NCBI GenBank assembly: GCA_973895155.1
Contig: OZ316892.1
Coordinates: forward strand, 27,738,307-27,802,306
Direction of reading: 5' to 3'
DNA: 64,000 nt
Origin: Marsupella aquatica
Taxonomy: Eukaryota > Plantae > Marchantiophyta
Shown: piece after piece, positions 13,858 through 28,034 of the stretch
How the letters are laid out: each line of letters opens with the position of its first letter
How positions within the stretch are numbered: the first letter of the stretch is position 1
Made by a program: the position numbers and the translations under genes
The notes under the pieces: model-generated
What the model saw: only the letters and a program-made list of their open reading frames with translations
The model's database searches: none
Told to the model about the DNA's origin: nothing

Positions 13858-13957
13858 GTGGTGTGATCTACCTTTCCATTCGTTCCATGTTCAAGGAGGC
13901 GACGTGGGTGATGTGATCTACCTTTTCATTCGTTCCATGTTCAAGGAGGCGACGTGA
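13858..13957. repeat. ~50-bp tandem duplication
   Basis: gtgatctacctttccattcgttccatgttcaaggaggcgacgtg occurs twice. Confidence 0.85.
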
Positions 13958-15499
13958 GTGATACACAGTTCCCTTCACACTTTACCTGACAAACAAATGG
14001 CATCATTCACTCAACATGATTGACCACATTTGTGCTTACTACCGGGTATTGGAGAATTCTCCGTGACACCAAGATGTAGAGACAAGCTTGTGGTACAGAT
14101 CACCATTTTTGGATCCCTTCGCCTCAATTTTACAAATGCTCCTCTACAGTATTGTATCTTCTGTCCCTTATTCAAATCCAGGAACTTCGTAGAACATACT
14201 GCGTTTCTGGAGTCAAGCATCTGGGTAGTAAAGCAGAAGGGCAGATCTGTGGGAGGTTTACAGAATGCAAGGCCACGACTAGTTTTGACAGTTGCATCCA
14301 TGTTACATCTACGATGAGAGGAAACATCGACAATAATAGACCAGGGAGGTTTCTTCGTCCAATGCTTTAATGAAATGTTGAATGGTTGGGTAACAATTTT
14401 GAGTATTGGATCTCAAGAACAAGGAGAGGCATACACACATGTTCTGAAATACACTGCTAAAGCTTTTCATGTTTCTCTCCTTACCCGGTGGCCCAGCAGC
14501 CTGGACAAAGCCAGGTGGAAACATGGGTGGCTCTTGTGGATATTGGAGACTGAGCCAAACCGGTCTCAAGCTGGCCCATATTAACATTGCTCGAGGTATT
14601 GGCTGTTTGGATAACGACCGGGGACGATCAGGGTAGCCAGAGCCAGGCTACCTCTTGACTCTCTGTTCCGAAGCTCGTACAATGTCTCTCCCCATGCGAT
14701 CAATCGGTGAAGCGGCACTAACTTGCTTCACATAGAAGCAAGTCAGATTCCCAACATCCCTCACACCATGGAGGCCAAGAGCTGACACAGCAAGATATAC
14801 GTGGGAACGAGGACAAAAAGACAGGTCGCCTTGACCAACAACGCGCAGAATCAGCAATTCAGAAGAGTGTGTGAGCAATCACCCGTTGTCTTTCACTCCC
14901 AATGGGAAGAAATTTGATTAAGATTGGCGATCCATAACAAACTAATTGCAGCAACGAATCGGTTGGATGCGAAATTTCTATTTAGCACAACAGACTTGGA
15001 CCTGATTACAGATTGCCTTGCTCTGCATGGGCATAGAATTGTACACTCTTCATTTGACTACGTAAACCGTGGGGATCAATTCCTCCACTGTATATCAACA
15101 ACTGGGATCTTCAACTTGAGGGCGATTTACATCCTCAAGTCACTCCATCTTTCCCTCGTTTATCTGCTCGAACTGTTTCACTTGACAGGAGACCTAATTG
15201 CACCACAATCATGTACACTAACTCCTACATAACATGGCATTGGTCTCATTGGTACCAAACTCCAAGCTTCACCTGGCTACCATGGTTATCTGATTTCTAT
15301 TTGACAGTCCTAGGAACGATTTCTGTCATCGACGAAGTGACCTACTGAAACAGAATTATGATAATGCTCACGCGTTTGCTATAGCACCACCTACAACCTC
15401 TACTAGTTTATGGACATATAAACTTTACTATTGTAACACCTCTGACCATCTGCTTCAAATGAATGTAAAACCAAAAAGAAGAAATTTCCCACCATCAAC

Positions 15500-18400
15500 T
15501 CATGTCCTGCTGTTGATGACGTCAGGAAGCACCTTAGCCAAGATTTCAGCTGTTTCAGGCAAAAATTTACGTGCGAAGAGAAAACAAGGTCTGTGCTCTC
15601 CTTCCCACATGCAAGGTATAGATGTTCTTGTTGCCTGAATCACCGTTCGAACACAAATTAGTCAAGCTCTTTGGCCAATGCATTGGTAATAGACAACAAC
15701 ATTTGATCAAACTCCCGTGTTCATTGAGCTATTTACCTTTCTAGAAGAGAAATTAAGACCAGTTGTGCCCTCTTCGCTACTTGCATTTCAGTGTAACCAC
15801 CTTGACCGGAACTTTCCCAGTTCCTTTGTTACTCTTCACTCAGTCAATCGATTTAAAGCCCATTTCGCGGAACATTTGTATTTGCTAGTTGCCTTCCAGT
15901 TAGATCGACAAGAGCTTGTAGAGTAGAATTTTTACTCACATGGGCATTACTTGATACGTGGACATGTTCGTCAATACTCTGCAAAGGAGCCACAATACAG
16001 CCAGCCCAAGTTATTCGCCATCCGACATGTAGCAAAATATGAACACCAGCAAAAATGTTCGAACTAGATAATCATCATCCCAGTTTCACGTATTACACTT
16101 AAAAGGCTGCAATGCCTGAGACAGATCCAGTTCTCCTTTTAGACTCATATTGACTTACTTAAAAAACCATAAGATTTTTAGCACAGGATATACAAGCTAA
16201 CCTGGATTCTTTCTAGGGTCTCCGCAGTTATTTCTTCAGCCGTATAAGCTTTCGGATGCCACCCTCCATCAGACCAATCGACATATGTTATTGTCCAGTT
16301 CGACAAATGAGAGGGATCCATAATCTGATCCAGAAAACAATGGTGAATCTTTGCATTAGTGACTGCGTTTTCATTATTAGTACTGAAGTCTAGCAAGCAC
16401 TCCTGTGCATGAACCAGACCTTAACTCCACGAGATTGGCATTCTGTTCCGGCCACACGCCAACATGAGGAGAACGTGTTTGTAGGCTCCTTCAGACAATG
16501 GAATAAATCTTTGCTAGGCTAAAGTTTTTAGTAAGAATATGAACATTCTAAACATTTATAGAATTTCAAGTTGAGGGTTGTTGACTGTCAATTCAAATTG
16601 CAAAATGATGACCACAAAATCATCTACAAAACCTTCGGCCAACAGCCAAGACCACGGTAATATGGTTGATAGGCTCAGAGACGGAGAGAAACAAAGCTAC
16701 AGCGCTCGCCCCATTTGGAGGGCGTTCTCTCAAAAAGTATAGGCACTACAAGAATACCGAATCCCCACAAATTAAAACACCTCAGAAACAAAATCGACTT
16801 ATGGTTGTGATTTGACAGCATACGTGTAGATATGTTTGGACATAATGCTCGTCTGGGTAGCAGTTGCGATTGTCGTTGCCCGGCTGTAAAGTGATTCAAC
16901 ATTCACCATACGATCATGTATTAATCATCAAAGGAAAGCTGTGTGCCCTTCAAGCTAGATGTACACGCGACACATACCCCCATTGACAAATTTACACACT
17001 GCTATATTTAAGATGAAAACAAACTCAGCAGGTGAGAATATGAGGCTCAAACGACGATAGCAGTCTACGTGCTGAGTGGCCACTTTAAAATGATTTGACC
17101 GTCTCCTAAATCTTACCCTGCAGAATTCCTTAAACTTCCCGTAGTACAGGTGATCAAGCACTAGAAGCACTGCATGCTTTCGCGTCACTGCAAACCACTG
17201 CATTCCAGGAAAGAGTGATTTAATCAAGGATTTCTGTATCATAAAAGTTGAATCCAACATCGCAAGACAGTTGAAGTTCAGCTGTAGCCCAACCAAACCA
17301 CAAAATCAGAGACATAGACCAGCACCATTGATCAATCAAGATCCATTTTCACTAATTGCAAAATGCTGCCATAACCTTTCCTACAGTTTTTGGGCAGTGA
17401 AATTGGAGAGAAGTATCCGACCATCCCCGTTCAAACGACAAAATCAAGACAGCTCCTAGAGAGGAGTTCCTTGTTGTTACATTTTTTCTTCTTTCCAATG
17501 ATTTTATATTAAAACACCGAACGGAACACAAGCGATGTACCCCCAAACGGGAGGACCTGCCATCATCAAAACCAGGTGTCCCAAATTTTCTTTACCTGAG
17601 CACCTTTCCGCCAGTCTACACGTTGAATTTCTGGCCGCATCCTGTCCAAATACCGTCCTACTCCATGCGGTCCTGGATCATCAAAGCTGCATGCGGAATT
17701 ATGTGAGCAAAATTATACAGAGCAGAGAACTGTTTATTCCTTTAGGGCTGGGCTTGATCTATCCAACTGCAGCAGTGATGAGCAATTAAAGGAGACTTCC
17801 AAAGAAAGAAGAGCATTAAGCCCTCTGCCTTCCCCACAATCTTTAATGTAAGACTTCCCTATCTCAAACGAAAAAGGAATTCCAGGGAAGAATTCTTCAA
17901 TGATTAAGCTCCCTTGAGAGGTCCTGTTAACAGCTCGACACATGGCTCTTTAAGGATCTCCCTCACTCCGCTAGCAATTTGTCATAAAAAAACAGCCCTG
18001 AGATATCAACACGTAGCACAAGGGATATCCAGTCCTTTAGAGCCAGGCTTGCCAAATAAACCAAAGAGCAGCAAGTTCTTGTTTGTATCTTACTTGTCCA
18101 CAAAGCTGTAGCTGGAATTCATCAGAGACCCGTAGATATAGTTGAAATCATGCAGAGGTATGCATCTGCACCAATTCAGACGTTGTACCAACACTCAGAT
18201 AGTTGACTACACCTTTTACATCTGGGAAAATATATAAGGAATAGCAAAAGACAATCTAGCGAAGATGAAGAGCAAAACAGAAGGTGATGGAACGCTCCAT
18301 TGTACCCCCAGAGAGAACTTAAATTAAAGCTGCAAAAGTGACTGAACCTGGACTGTTATGCAACAGGGCCAAATGTCAGAAACTCAACCCTACTTACGTC

Positions 18401-21238
18401 TCAGAAAGTAACACAAAAAACTGGTTATCCCGGTCACTGAGTGCTCGTGCCAGTAGCCGCCTCTCGGCATCAATCATTTCTATTCTTCCCCAGTACACCT
18501 GAAAATGCAATTCGCGTAAAGCGAAGCTGACAAATGTTAATAAAAACAAATAGCAAAGCCTTCTCCCGTAGTTTTATCTCTACTTTCAAATGCGAACATG
18601 AACCAAACGAGCCTCATCGCAAAACCTGCCATGACATTCTTAGAAGAGTTCCAGATCACACCGCTCTGAGCGACAAATGCACATCATCAATGACTGCGCT
18701 GGTACCAGTCTAATAAATATTCAAGCACCTTGGGACCACCTCATTCTGGTATTCTCTGGAGAACTTTGACACCGACATTGGGACACCCCTGTAATAGCGA
18801 CAGGATTTCTTGTACACCTAGTCTATAAAAACGTCCCATAACGTAATGCCTGAACCATATACTGAATCTCCACCTTCAGGATCTCAGTGATCTGATGTGT
18901 AAGTGTAGTCAGCAGACTCTCGATGTGGCCCCCACTGTACGCACTCTACTGGGTCACCGAACTCAGTAGAAATCAATGTTAAAAAGATACTATTGGGCAT
19001 GTCGGAGGTGATCCATAATGTCCCCTGTATTCAGTTGCAATACACCACTGATTTGCCTAAATGACCAAACCTGATTACGTGATTGGACGAATCCGGTTCG
19101 AGAACATGAATCCTCGGCCCCTACTTGTCTACATACATTGCTTCTCGTAGGAGCCGTAGACTCAAACCAACGAATGGATAGATGTAAAATATAATAGATG
19201 GTTTTCCGTATGGATGCCACAGGTTAACCTATGTAATTTTACTCTCTTTCAAGAAACCAGCCATTGATTCAGCTTCGTTTAGTCATTCCGCTGCTAGGAA
19301 AATCCATCGTCGTCCATTCACAAAAAAATCTACAAATATCTTGAGACAAACTAGCTCCTCTGAATCCCCTCTCAAATTGCCTCAGGGATCAGTTCCATCA
19401 GAGCTCTGGAATTTCATTTCCTGCTTTCTTAAGAAGCTTGCTAGTCACGAGAGCTGATCAATCCATATCATACACTAGTTGTGAAGGTTGCATACCTTGC
19501 CACTCGGTATCTCACGCCCAATGAACACCTTACTTTTCCACACGCTCTTCAATGTTTCTTTTTCAGAAGCGTGCACATACACCGTGTACTTGTCTTCCTG
19601 CCCCTGTTGCCAACACCCCGCAGACAAAAAGCTTCTCAGCTGCTAAATGGCACACCATCCAAGCCGTGCAACCCACCACCCTGTTGAAGGTCTGACTAAC
19701 CACAGCAATAACCCACGGCAAATGCTTTCCTTCGCTACCTTAATGCCCATAGGATATACATTCTTCTTGTCTCTCTCTTCCATCCAGAATTCAAAATTCA
19801 TACTCCTTTTTGAGAGAGAAGCAGTAATTAAAGCATCGACTACCATGCTGCATTCAGCTATTACAGATTATTATGCTCCCTCTTCGCTGCATAACAATTT
19901 AGAAAGGACCAAAGAACAATGTAACAATTTACCATTATACTTCAAATTCATTAGAAAGAAACCCAAAAACAGGTCCTCTACACCAACTATTTGGTATGGA
20001 CTCTCGGTGTCCCCTTCCTTGACGTGATATCTGGACCTACTTGTGAGTTTTAGATGTTCATGAAGTTTCACAGAAAATATTGGGAAGGACAAATTTCTAT
20101 TAAGATTGCATGTATCGCATAAATTATAATACCTTAACCAGATCCTTTAGCGTCAACACCTATGAAGTGAGGACCGCACTCATTTGTGTCCAGACTAATT
20201 ATATATCCAAAAAATTTACGATAGATGGTGTACAATGCAGCAATCACTTGCAAATGATTTCTCTTCCTTGCCCAAGCACGGAAACCATGGAAACTTATTG
20301 TCTCTCTGATTCGCCCCAAATTCAGAATTCATTCCCTTCGTCCACCGCGAGACAAGAAGTAGCTCACACAGTGCATTAACTACCATGCAACAATGAGCTA
20401 CGCTAATGCCTTCCCTGCTTGAATACCGTTAACATCAGTACTACTTCTCTCTGTAAGTCTCTCGAATTCCAATCCTACACCCCAAAAAACGAGGAGTTCC
20501 CAGAGAGCAATATCTGCCCTGCGGCAATCAACTACCACCGATGGGTTTCCTTCCCTGGCTTCAACACCAATACCACCAACACTTCTGCCTCTGTGAATCA
20601 ACTTGAATTCAGAGTCCATACCCCCTCCCGAGTTCATCTCCGAAAGAAGCACTTTCGAGAGAGCATCAACCACTATGCGAGAATCAACCTACCACAATTG
20701 CCCTTCCCTCCCCGAACACATATGACAACAACGCTTCTTGTCTCTCTGGCTCACCTTAGAATTAAACTTCATACGTCTCGTTCACCCCCGATTGAAAAAT
20801 TAGTTTCCACAGAGCAACTGCCATGTAGCACAAATTTTCTACAATACATGCTGTGCCACCTGGTGAACTCATTACCTTGAAGAAATCCTCCCAGACAAAC
20901 TCGAGCGGCAATGAACCTGCAGTCAGAAACATGAATGCCACTTTGGGCACCGCACTGCGAGGTCTGGACGGCGCAAGTATGTCGCCCGCAACAGCAAACG
21001 CAGCAATTTCATCATCGGTATACTTCCGCGAAGGTAGAGTGGGAGGTGCAGGAACTGGGCGCTTAAAGCACAACCCTTCCACCAATTCACAGGGTGTCAG
21101 CCGCTTAGGGGTGAAGTAGTAAGCAATGCATGCCCCCAGCACCGACAATGCAATCAAACTCAGCACCCCAAGGACCAAACACAGCTTCTGGTTGTCCTTG
21201 CTTGGCAGCTTTAGCTTCCTGCGACTTGTCAATACCAT
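15500..21238 (-). CDS. Core-2/I-branching beta-1,6-GlcNAc-transferase family (GT14-like, BC10/DUF266 type); exons 21238-20876, 19603-19496, 18498-18398, 18165-18094, 17686-17596, 17197-17117, 16883-16824, 16324-16202, 15978-15940, 15634-15500
   Basis: N-terminal TM helix; motifs KVAFMFLT..LP...VWEDFF, YTVYVHAS, VYWG..MIDAERRLLARAL, FVLLSETCIPLHDF, WRKGAQWF...RKHA, CYPDEHY, CFLFARKF; all GT-AG junctions in frame. Confidence 0.93.
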
Positions 21239-24200
21239 CGTGATTGCTCCGCTTGGCCAACGAGTATTACTTCCTTCACTGGTGGGAGGCTCTCTTTATC
21301 GATCATGTAAGCTTATTCTATCACATAGTACTTCGGCAGCTGCACAAAAATCTTCTCTCGCAGCTCATTTCGCAGTGTAGTCCTACAACATCGCCTGAAA
21401 TACTATGATGAGGTTCAAGCCAGCCCTCGGGATTGCAAACCACAACAAGATCATCATCTATCCTTCACTCAACTCCCCAGTTCTTGGTCGTTGCAATCCA
21501 TGATGTCAGGTACAATCCTGCGTCTGCTTCTGAGGAACTTCCTCCAGACCTCATTCATTACCGACAGTTCACCGCGGGCACACAAAAACGATGGCTCCCA
21601 TGAAGCAACACAGGACTTTCCTGGGCACGGAGAATGGTTCCCTTTTAAAAGATTTTACTGGCGATACGGGGATGGTGGTAGTGGAATGGTCCGCATCTCC
21701 CAAAACTATCTTCAAGGAACAGAGGAATCTGCCACCTGCCCCGAATATGAAGAAATGAAGAATCGTTAATCGAACATCTCAAATACGTCCAGCGAGCCAG
21801 CTACCGCAGTCTAGCTATCCGACTGTTCTTGTACCTCTCTGCGAATCCGTATCGTGTAGCCAGCGGGCAGCAGCTGTTCATAATGAATAGGCTATCACAT
21901 AATCATCCAGAGCATGCTATGCTTCTGATAAAGAAGTTCTTGAATCCAATCTGTTAACATTCGCCGTTCGCTCCCAAATCAAGTCTTTCTCATCCCCCCA
22001 GCTTGATTGACTGGTTTCCCCACGACGAAACTTAAGACCCCTAGTCAACCACCAATCGCTTGTGACAACACCTCCGCGGAAGAAGCCCAAACCTGAAAAA
22101 CGAGGAGGAGATGATCAACGAAGGAGGAGGACAGCACAACGAAGGAGGAGGAATGCACACCACTAGGAAGCTTCATACAGATCGACTCAGAAAGACGCTT
22201 TAGAGGACGCAAAGGTCAACAAATGACTGCACTAGCAGTCGAATTGGACACACTCCAATGGGAACCGTGAATCTCTCGCTCCACTGCCTCTTTTTCTCTC
22301 CGGCTCTGCCGGCAGTAACCCCACTTCCCAACTTGCAAAGGGACGAAATCGCCATTAAGTCCGTTAAAATATCAAAGAAAATTTGAAAAGGGGAACAAAC
22401 CAACACGCACCCAGAGACCAATGAACCTACCAAAGTGCGGCGATGACTCATGCGGCGAGAGTGCTCCTGCCTTCAAGGGGAGTTCGCCTTGACACAGAAG
22501 AGGCGAGGAGGAGAAACTAAAAGAGACATGCCTCTAGGCGCGCAGCAGATCATAGCCAAACGTAGGCTCTCCCTAGGCGGAAAGACGAAGATGCACACTC
22601 TCAACTCTAGCTCGACGGACTCTGGCGCTCCATGGGAAAGAAGTTCGAACCCCTGGTCAACATTCATGGAAGTGACTGTCTCCAACGGGACTCAAAGACT
22701 CCTCACCACTCGCAAACTCGACCGTGACAATGGCAAGAGACGGTAATACCCTCACAATCCGACTGGAAAGCTCCACGACATTAGATTGAGCATTAAACAA
22801 CTCCAAAAAGCAGTAGACTGAGCTTGTTTCTTGAAAGATCTGTTCCTCCACGAGAAAGTGTTTGGACGTCATTCTCCTTTACCAAACACAAATCTACCTT
22901 CTGAGCTCGGATGAAGCAACCGATTCCGGGAATCACCCAAGCGACAGTTCGAACTCCACTTTACAGACCGTCGGCTGGGAGACGAACTGCCAGAATTACT
23001 GGCCTGTCTAGCGCGAGAACAACCTTAAAACGCACTGCTGTACTTGGTCACTTTCTTTTTCAAGAATTTATTATTGTGCCCGAGACGAGATGGAACAGGC
23101 GCTGTGGTCGTTCACGCTCTTGACCCTCCCGTGTTGCGCCCGATTTTGCTACATTGCGGGAATTTATAGTGTATGGCTCTTGCAGAAAAGAGTCGTCCTT
23201 GCCTTTACTTTACTTTACTTTACTTTGACACCAGCAGAGAAATGGCGCGAACAAGTCTGCAGACGTTTACGAAGGACGCGCTCTCTTCCAAAAGTTGCCA
23301 TCCGGTGGTGTCATCTCAGGTAGGCAGCACCTGAGCTGAAGGTGCTGTAATGGACGACGCCAGAGCAAGACAGTGCTGCCAATTTTAGTACATGTCCCTG
23401 CCTTCAGTCCGTGCTGAAAAGAACCAGAGGAAGAGAGCCCTCTCACGACTCTCGCCGACAACAGAAAGAAGAAACAGGACGAAAGAAAGGACGAACATGA
23501 ATGGCGCAAACACCACAAGTACGACTGAAAATGAAGGCTGACGAGAATCATACGTCAAGTCCGCCACGGCGAGAGAGCCCGTTGGACATCACCGGGACTT
23601 TTAATCATTGACGGAATCTTTACTCCACCATTACTGATTCGGTTTAAAGAATTCCGAAGTTCTTACCAAGCCAGAAAGAAGCTGAAGATGAAGGTCTTGC
23701 GCGAACAGAGGCCCCATTCCAAGTTCATTGAATCAATTTGTGCACGGCGTGATGCGGACGAGATCTAAAGCGCAGAAACCTCGACATTCAAAAAATGCTG
23801 AAATCAGCAATTTCTGGCTCTGAATCTTGCGCTCTACAGAGATTTTTAAATTCCTCCAACCACGAACGAAGAAGTGAAATGCATGAACCTGGACAATATT
23901 AATTAAAGGAAGAAATTCTCAGACCAAAGAACAAGAAGGTTCGCCGCAGAGGAATTGGGCAACCAAGTACAGTACCGTTAATTAAAGTAAGTGGTCCCCT
24001 ACTCCCCTGCCATCTTGACGAGTCTTCGGAGCAACAGCGGAAAGCCAGAAAAGAACGGAAGGACGACAGCTTTTACTTGATGATTTCCTGTAGCGGAAGA
24101 GCAATCCATGGCCGTATTTCAAGGAAACTGTGCGAGCCCGGACAAAGCTCGCAACTCTGTCAAGATTTCTCCCATAGCTCCTCCTCAGCAACAAAAGAAT

Positions 24201-24684
24201 CCCGAAATGTTGTTTTGCAATGGAGGGAACAGCAGCTGTGTTGTAAACTGTGACAACGGAAACATGGAAACAATGGGTCCAAACTCGAGACAACGACGAG
24301 GAGAGAGACAAACTGAAGGAATGATGGCAAAAAGGTCGAAGAATGTCGAAGATTTGGCGTTGTCGAATTCGCTAAAAGCCCGATCTTGTCTGTTAATTTG
24401 CGCTTCGAGTATATGGGATTTACAGGACGTGTAACAATAATCAACTAATTAATTAACCAATTCTCTGCCATAAGTCAATGAAGGTCATATAGCTGTACTT
24501 AATTACTTAGTTGTAGAATTAGTTCGTGGACCCCCTAGCTACATTTTTGAGGCCTTGTTTGAGTAAAAAATGATGTATTTGAGATTAGCTTTAGCTCAAG
24601 TTGTATGAGTCTATTATGGTCCAAAATGATCTGGTAACACACTTTATTATGCTGAGACTAGCTCAATACCTGTGCGTTGCACAA

Positions 24685-25240
24685 AAGAAGTCGTGTCCGC
24701 CAAGATGTCATTGAGAAAAATGATGTAGTGTCAGCCAAGAGGTCGTGGAGAAAAAGATGTAGTGTTGCCTAGGAGGTCGTGGAGAGAAAAGATGTCGAGT
24801 TGCCCAAGAGGTTGTGGAGAGAAAAGATGTCGTGTTGCCCAAGAGGTCGTTGAGAGAAACGATGTCATGTCGCCCAAGAGGTCATTGAGAGTAAAGATGC
24901 CATGTCGCCCAAGAGGTCATTGAGAGAAAAGAAGTTGTGTTGGTCAAGAGGTCGTTGAAAGAAAATATGTAATGTCAACCAAGAGGTCGTGGAGAAAAAA
25001 GATGTCTTGTCGCCCAAGAGGTCATTGAGAAAAAAAGATGTCGTGTCGGCCAAGAAAACGTTAAGAAAAAAAGATGTCGTGTTGGCCAAGAGATCATTGA
25101 ACAAAAAAATGTCATGTTGGCCAAGAAGTCGTTGAGAAAAAAGACGTTGTGTCGGCCAAGATGTCGTTGAGAAAAAAATTGTCATGTTGGCGAAGATGTT
25201 GAGAAAAAAATGTCATGTCGGCCAAGACATCGTTCACAAA
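24685..25240. repeat. ~33-bp minisatellite inside the Helitron
   Basis: Many copies of aagatgtcgtgtcgcccaagaggtcgttgagaaaa, decaying toward ~25800. Confidence 0.9.
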
Positions 25241-26116
25241 AAATACCCATGCATTGCACAAAAGATGTTGTTAAGAAATAAGATGTCGTGTTGCCCAAGA
25301 TGTTGTTAAGTGAAAGATGTCACAAAGTAAAAAGATGTCTTAAGAAAAAGTAGTTTTGCCAAACATGCCATTGTGTGCAAGATGTTATTAAGAAAAAGGT
25401 GTCATTTTGCCAAAGATATCGTGAAGTAAAAGATGTTAAAAAAAATGGTGTTATTTCACCCAAGCTATCGTTCTGTGAAAGATGTTATGAAATAAAAAAA
25501 ATCAAGGAAACTAAGAAGGAGTGAGTCTTTTTCTTTGTTTTGTTTTTTTACCCAAAATGCCTATGCATTTGAATGTCAACCACTATAAATTGGAGCAACG
25601 TTATATTATCGGTTTCAGATTTAGTGTTTTAGGGTTTAGCAAAGATGACCATTCTCTCGATATCCTTTCAATCCCAGTGCGTTGCATAATAGATGTTGTT
25701 TGGTTAAAGATGTTGTTGAGAAATAGATCCTACGTGGTGCAAAAGATAATCGTTGAATAAAAATAATAATTGTTAAAATACATTATTACACAAAAACTTT
25801 TGTTGAGTGAAAGATATCATTGTGCAAAATAGAAATTGGGGTCCATGCAAGATAACTAAAATTTAACTAATTTCCAAAGAGTTAAATCTCCTTTTTAAGA
25901 GCCAAAGCCAAAATAATATAATGTCAACCTACTCTCTTCCCCTTAGTGCTTGCTCCCTACCAAAACCATTATCTCAAGTGAATCTTTTCACTTTCATGCC
26001 CCATGCCAAATGTACTCTAAATTAATAGACCATAAAATAATATACTTACACTTTAATGCTCCATGCCAAAAAGTATTATAAGCAAGCTACAAAATAACTA
26101 CAGTAGCACATGCAAG

Positions 26117-26403
26117 CTCGGGGGGTTAACTAAGTGTATATTTTGGGGTACCACGTGTGATCCTAGCCTAATATAAATAGACCCATTTTATAAAGAAAAT
26201 ATTCCAAGAATATTCTCTATTTTCAATACTAATAACCTATTTTACTTTATAAAGGGTATATATTAAAGAGTATTCTATAAACATGAGTTTATAATACCTT
26301 CTTTTGCCTCCTACGCTTTTTAAAAATTTAGTTAAAATCTGCCAAAAATACCTATTTTGGATCGTACGTGGTTCCTAAGATTTTTGATAGTCAACCCCTC
26401 GAG
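26117..26403. mobile_element. 287-bp MITE with 8-bp TSD, nested in the Helitron
   Basis: TIRs ctcggggggttaacta / tagtcaacccctcgag; flanking direct repeat CATGCAAG at 26109-26116 and 26404-26411. Confidence 0.88.
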
Positions 26404-27415
26404 CATGCAAGTACTATATGATATATTATATCTACCTTGTACTATAACTTACATACCTACCTTGTACTATAACTTACAGCCAATTTTAGGTTCCCATCTC
26501 ACTCAATCCAAGAGCCATAAATAATTCAAGAAAATATCTCATGGCTTAACTTTGTTTCCTCCTTTTTCATTTTTGTAACGGGACGAAGGACTAAAACTGG
26601 CGGGATTCGTTATTATAGTAGTAGATAGTTACAAGATTTAGTGAAAATATAGGATAAATTACTTTTTCCAAATGTGATTTTGCAATAGTCTTCATAATGA
26701 CCAGTAAAATGAGGGCTTTTAGCTTGAGTTTTGAGAGGCTAAGTAATATGGTTCATAATGCTCTGCTAGGCATTAAAACACTTAAAATATATGAGATATT
26801 TTAGCTAATTTTAGAACATTAATAAACCCAACGAACAAATTTTTTTAGTTAGTTGATTTGGGCATTGAATGACACTATATTAGACCACGGGTCATGGATC
26901 CTTTGAGTTGAGAAAACTACTTTCTCAAGATCAATTGAGAAGACTACTTTTCTCAACAACAAACCCTAAGCTTTCTAGTAGTTGAACCCTGTTAATTTGG
27001 AGAAGATTTGTCAATGTACTTTCAAATAATTGGAAATTCTGGAGATTTCATTGAAGTATGACTTTGGCTAGTTTTGAATTAGAGGTTAATGGCCTCATGA
27101 CTTTGATGCGGCTATTCACCAAACGGAGAAGGGCAAAGCTAGCTTTAAGAAGAGAGAAGTCTGATTAAAAAGGGAAGTTGGTAGTCATGCTGTGTTGAAC
27201 AAGTAGGATATATTTTCTCGCAAAATCATTGTGGACCCATTCAGTGATGGCCTGAGAAGTTTGGCATTTTTTCAACTGCCACATGAATACTTTGCATTGC
27301 AGGCCAAAGTCGACGAAGTGATTTATCACAAGAAGTTGTCAAAATCAGGCCTTTTCGCTACATGCAACCAAATTCTCAAGAGAGTCAATAGTCAATTTGT
27401 GGCAAGTCCATTTGA

Positions 27416-27760
27416 TGTTGAGTATAGACGACATTCGTAACGGCAAGCCCATGAACCATCCAACGCACAATAGTCGACACAGAGAGATACGTGGTTCACC
27501 TCCACATGAGGCTATGTCCACGGGAACACACAAGAGCTTTACTGCACTCTAGACCGACCGGCCATACCAAGCATCCACAGCACAAGCTCTCTCTATCTCT
27601 CAACTAGCTTCGTAACAATGAGCCTAAGTTCCACCAGGGTCTGGCATTAGCCCTGGCTATATGCACAATAGCACTACCGCTAACATTAGCTAAAGTCCTA
27701 ACCCAAGTTAGACTAACTGTGGTTAGCTCATGAGTCACAAGACTAGAGCAATATCTAACA
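27416..27760 (-). repeat. 3' LTR of the Copia element
   Basis: 345 bp, adjacent to a polypurine tract; about 6 substitutions and 2 small indels versus the 5' LTR (by eye). Confidence 0.95.
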
Positions 27761-28034
27761 AACTCCCCCTTGACTCTTGTCTTGGGGACTGGACTAAATG
27801 CTACCATATGGAATCCTCAGCGGGAAGTTCTAGACAATCACCAAACCAGGTCTCCCCCTAAAAACCACAAGGGTTAACTAAAACACAGTGACGGACCAAA
27901 CGAGAAGTGTGACCACACTTCTCGTTTTGCCCGCGGCAAAAAAGGTTTCTAAGGCAAAAAAGTCTTGGATACGGAATTAGTATTCCCACTAAAAACTAGT
28001 TTTTCAAATTGAAAAAATGGGAAAAATTGACACG

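Larger units (their letters stand above)
24658..26625 (-). mobile_element. Non-autonomous Helitron
   Basis: On the minus strand: A|TCTACTACTATAATAACGAAT 5' end and GTGCAACGCACAGGTATTGAGCTAG|T 3' end, inserted between A and T; homologous to 45121-46065. Confidence 0.8.

Noticed and set aside
12600-15400. Scattered 60-130 aa ORFs
   Set aside because: No recognisable domains or coherent exon chain; likely 3' UTR or intergenic sequence
27870-27880. gggttaacta at the transposon target site matches the MITE TIR
   Set aside because: Only a 10-bp match with no other MITE sequence; probably chance
27884-27930. A true V(D)J RSS or a RAG/Transib element
   Set aside because: Only the heptamer matches; there is no ACAAAAACC nonamer at 12/23 spacing and the transposase lacks RAG1-core motifs
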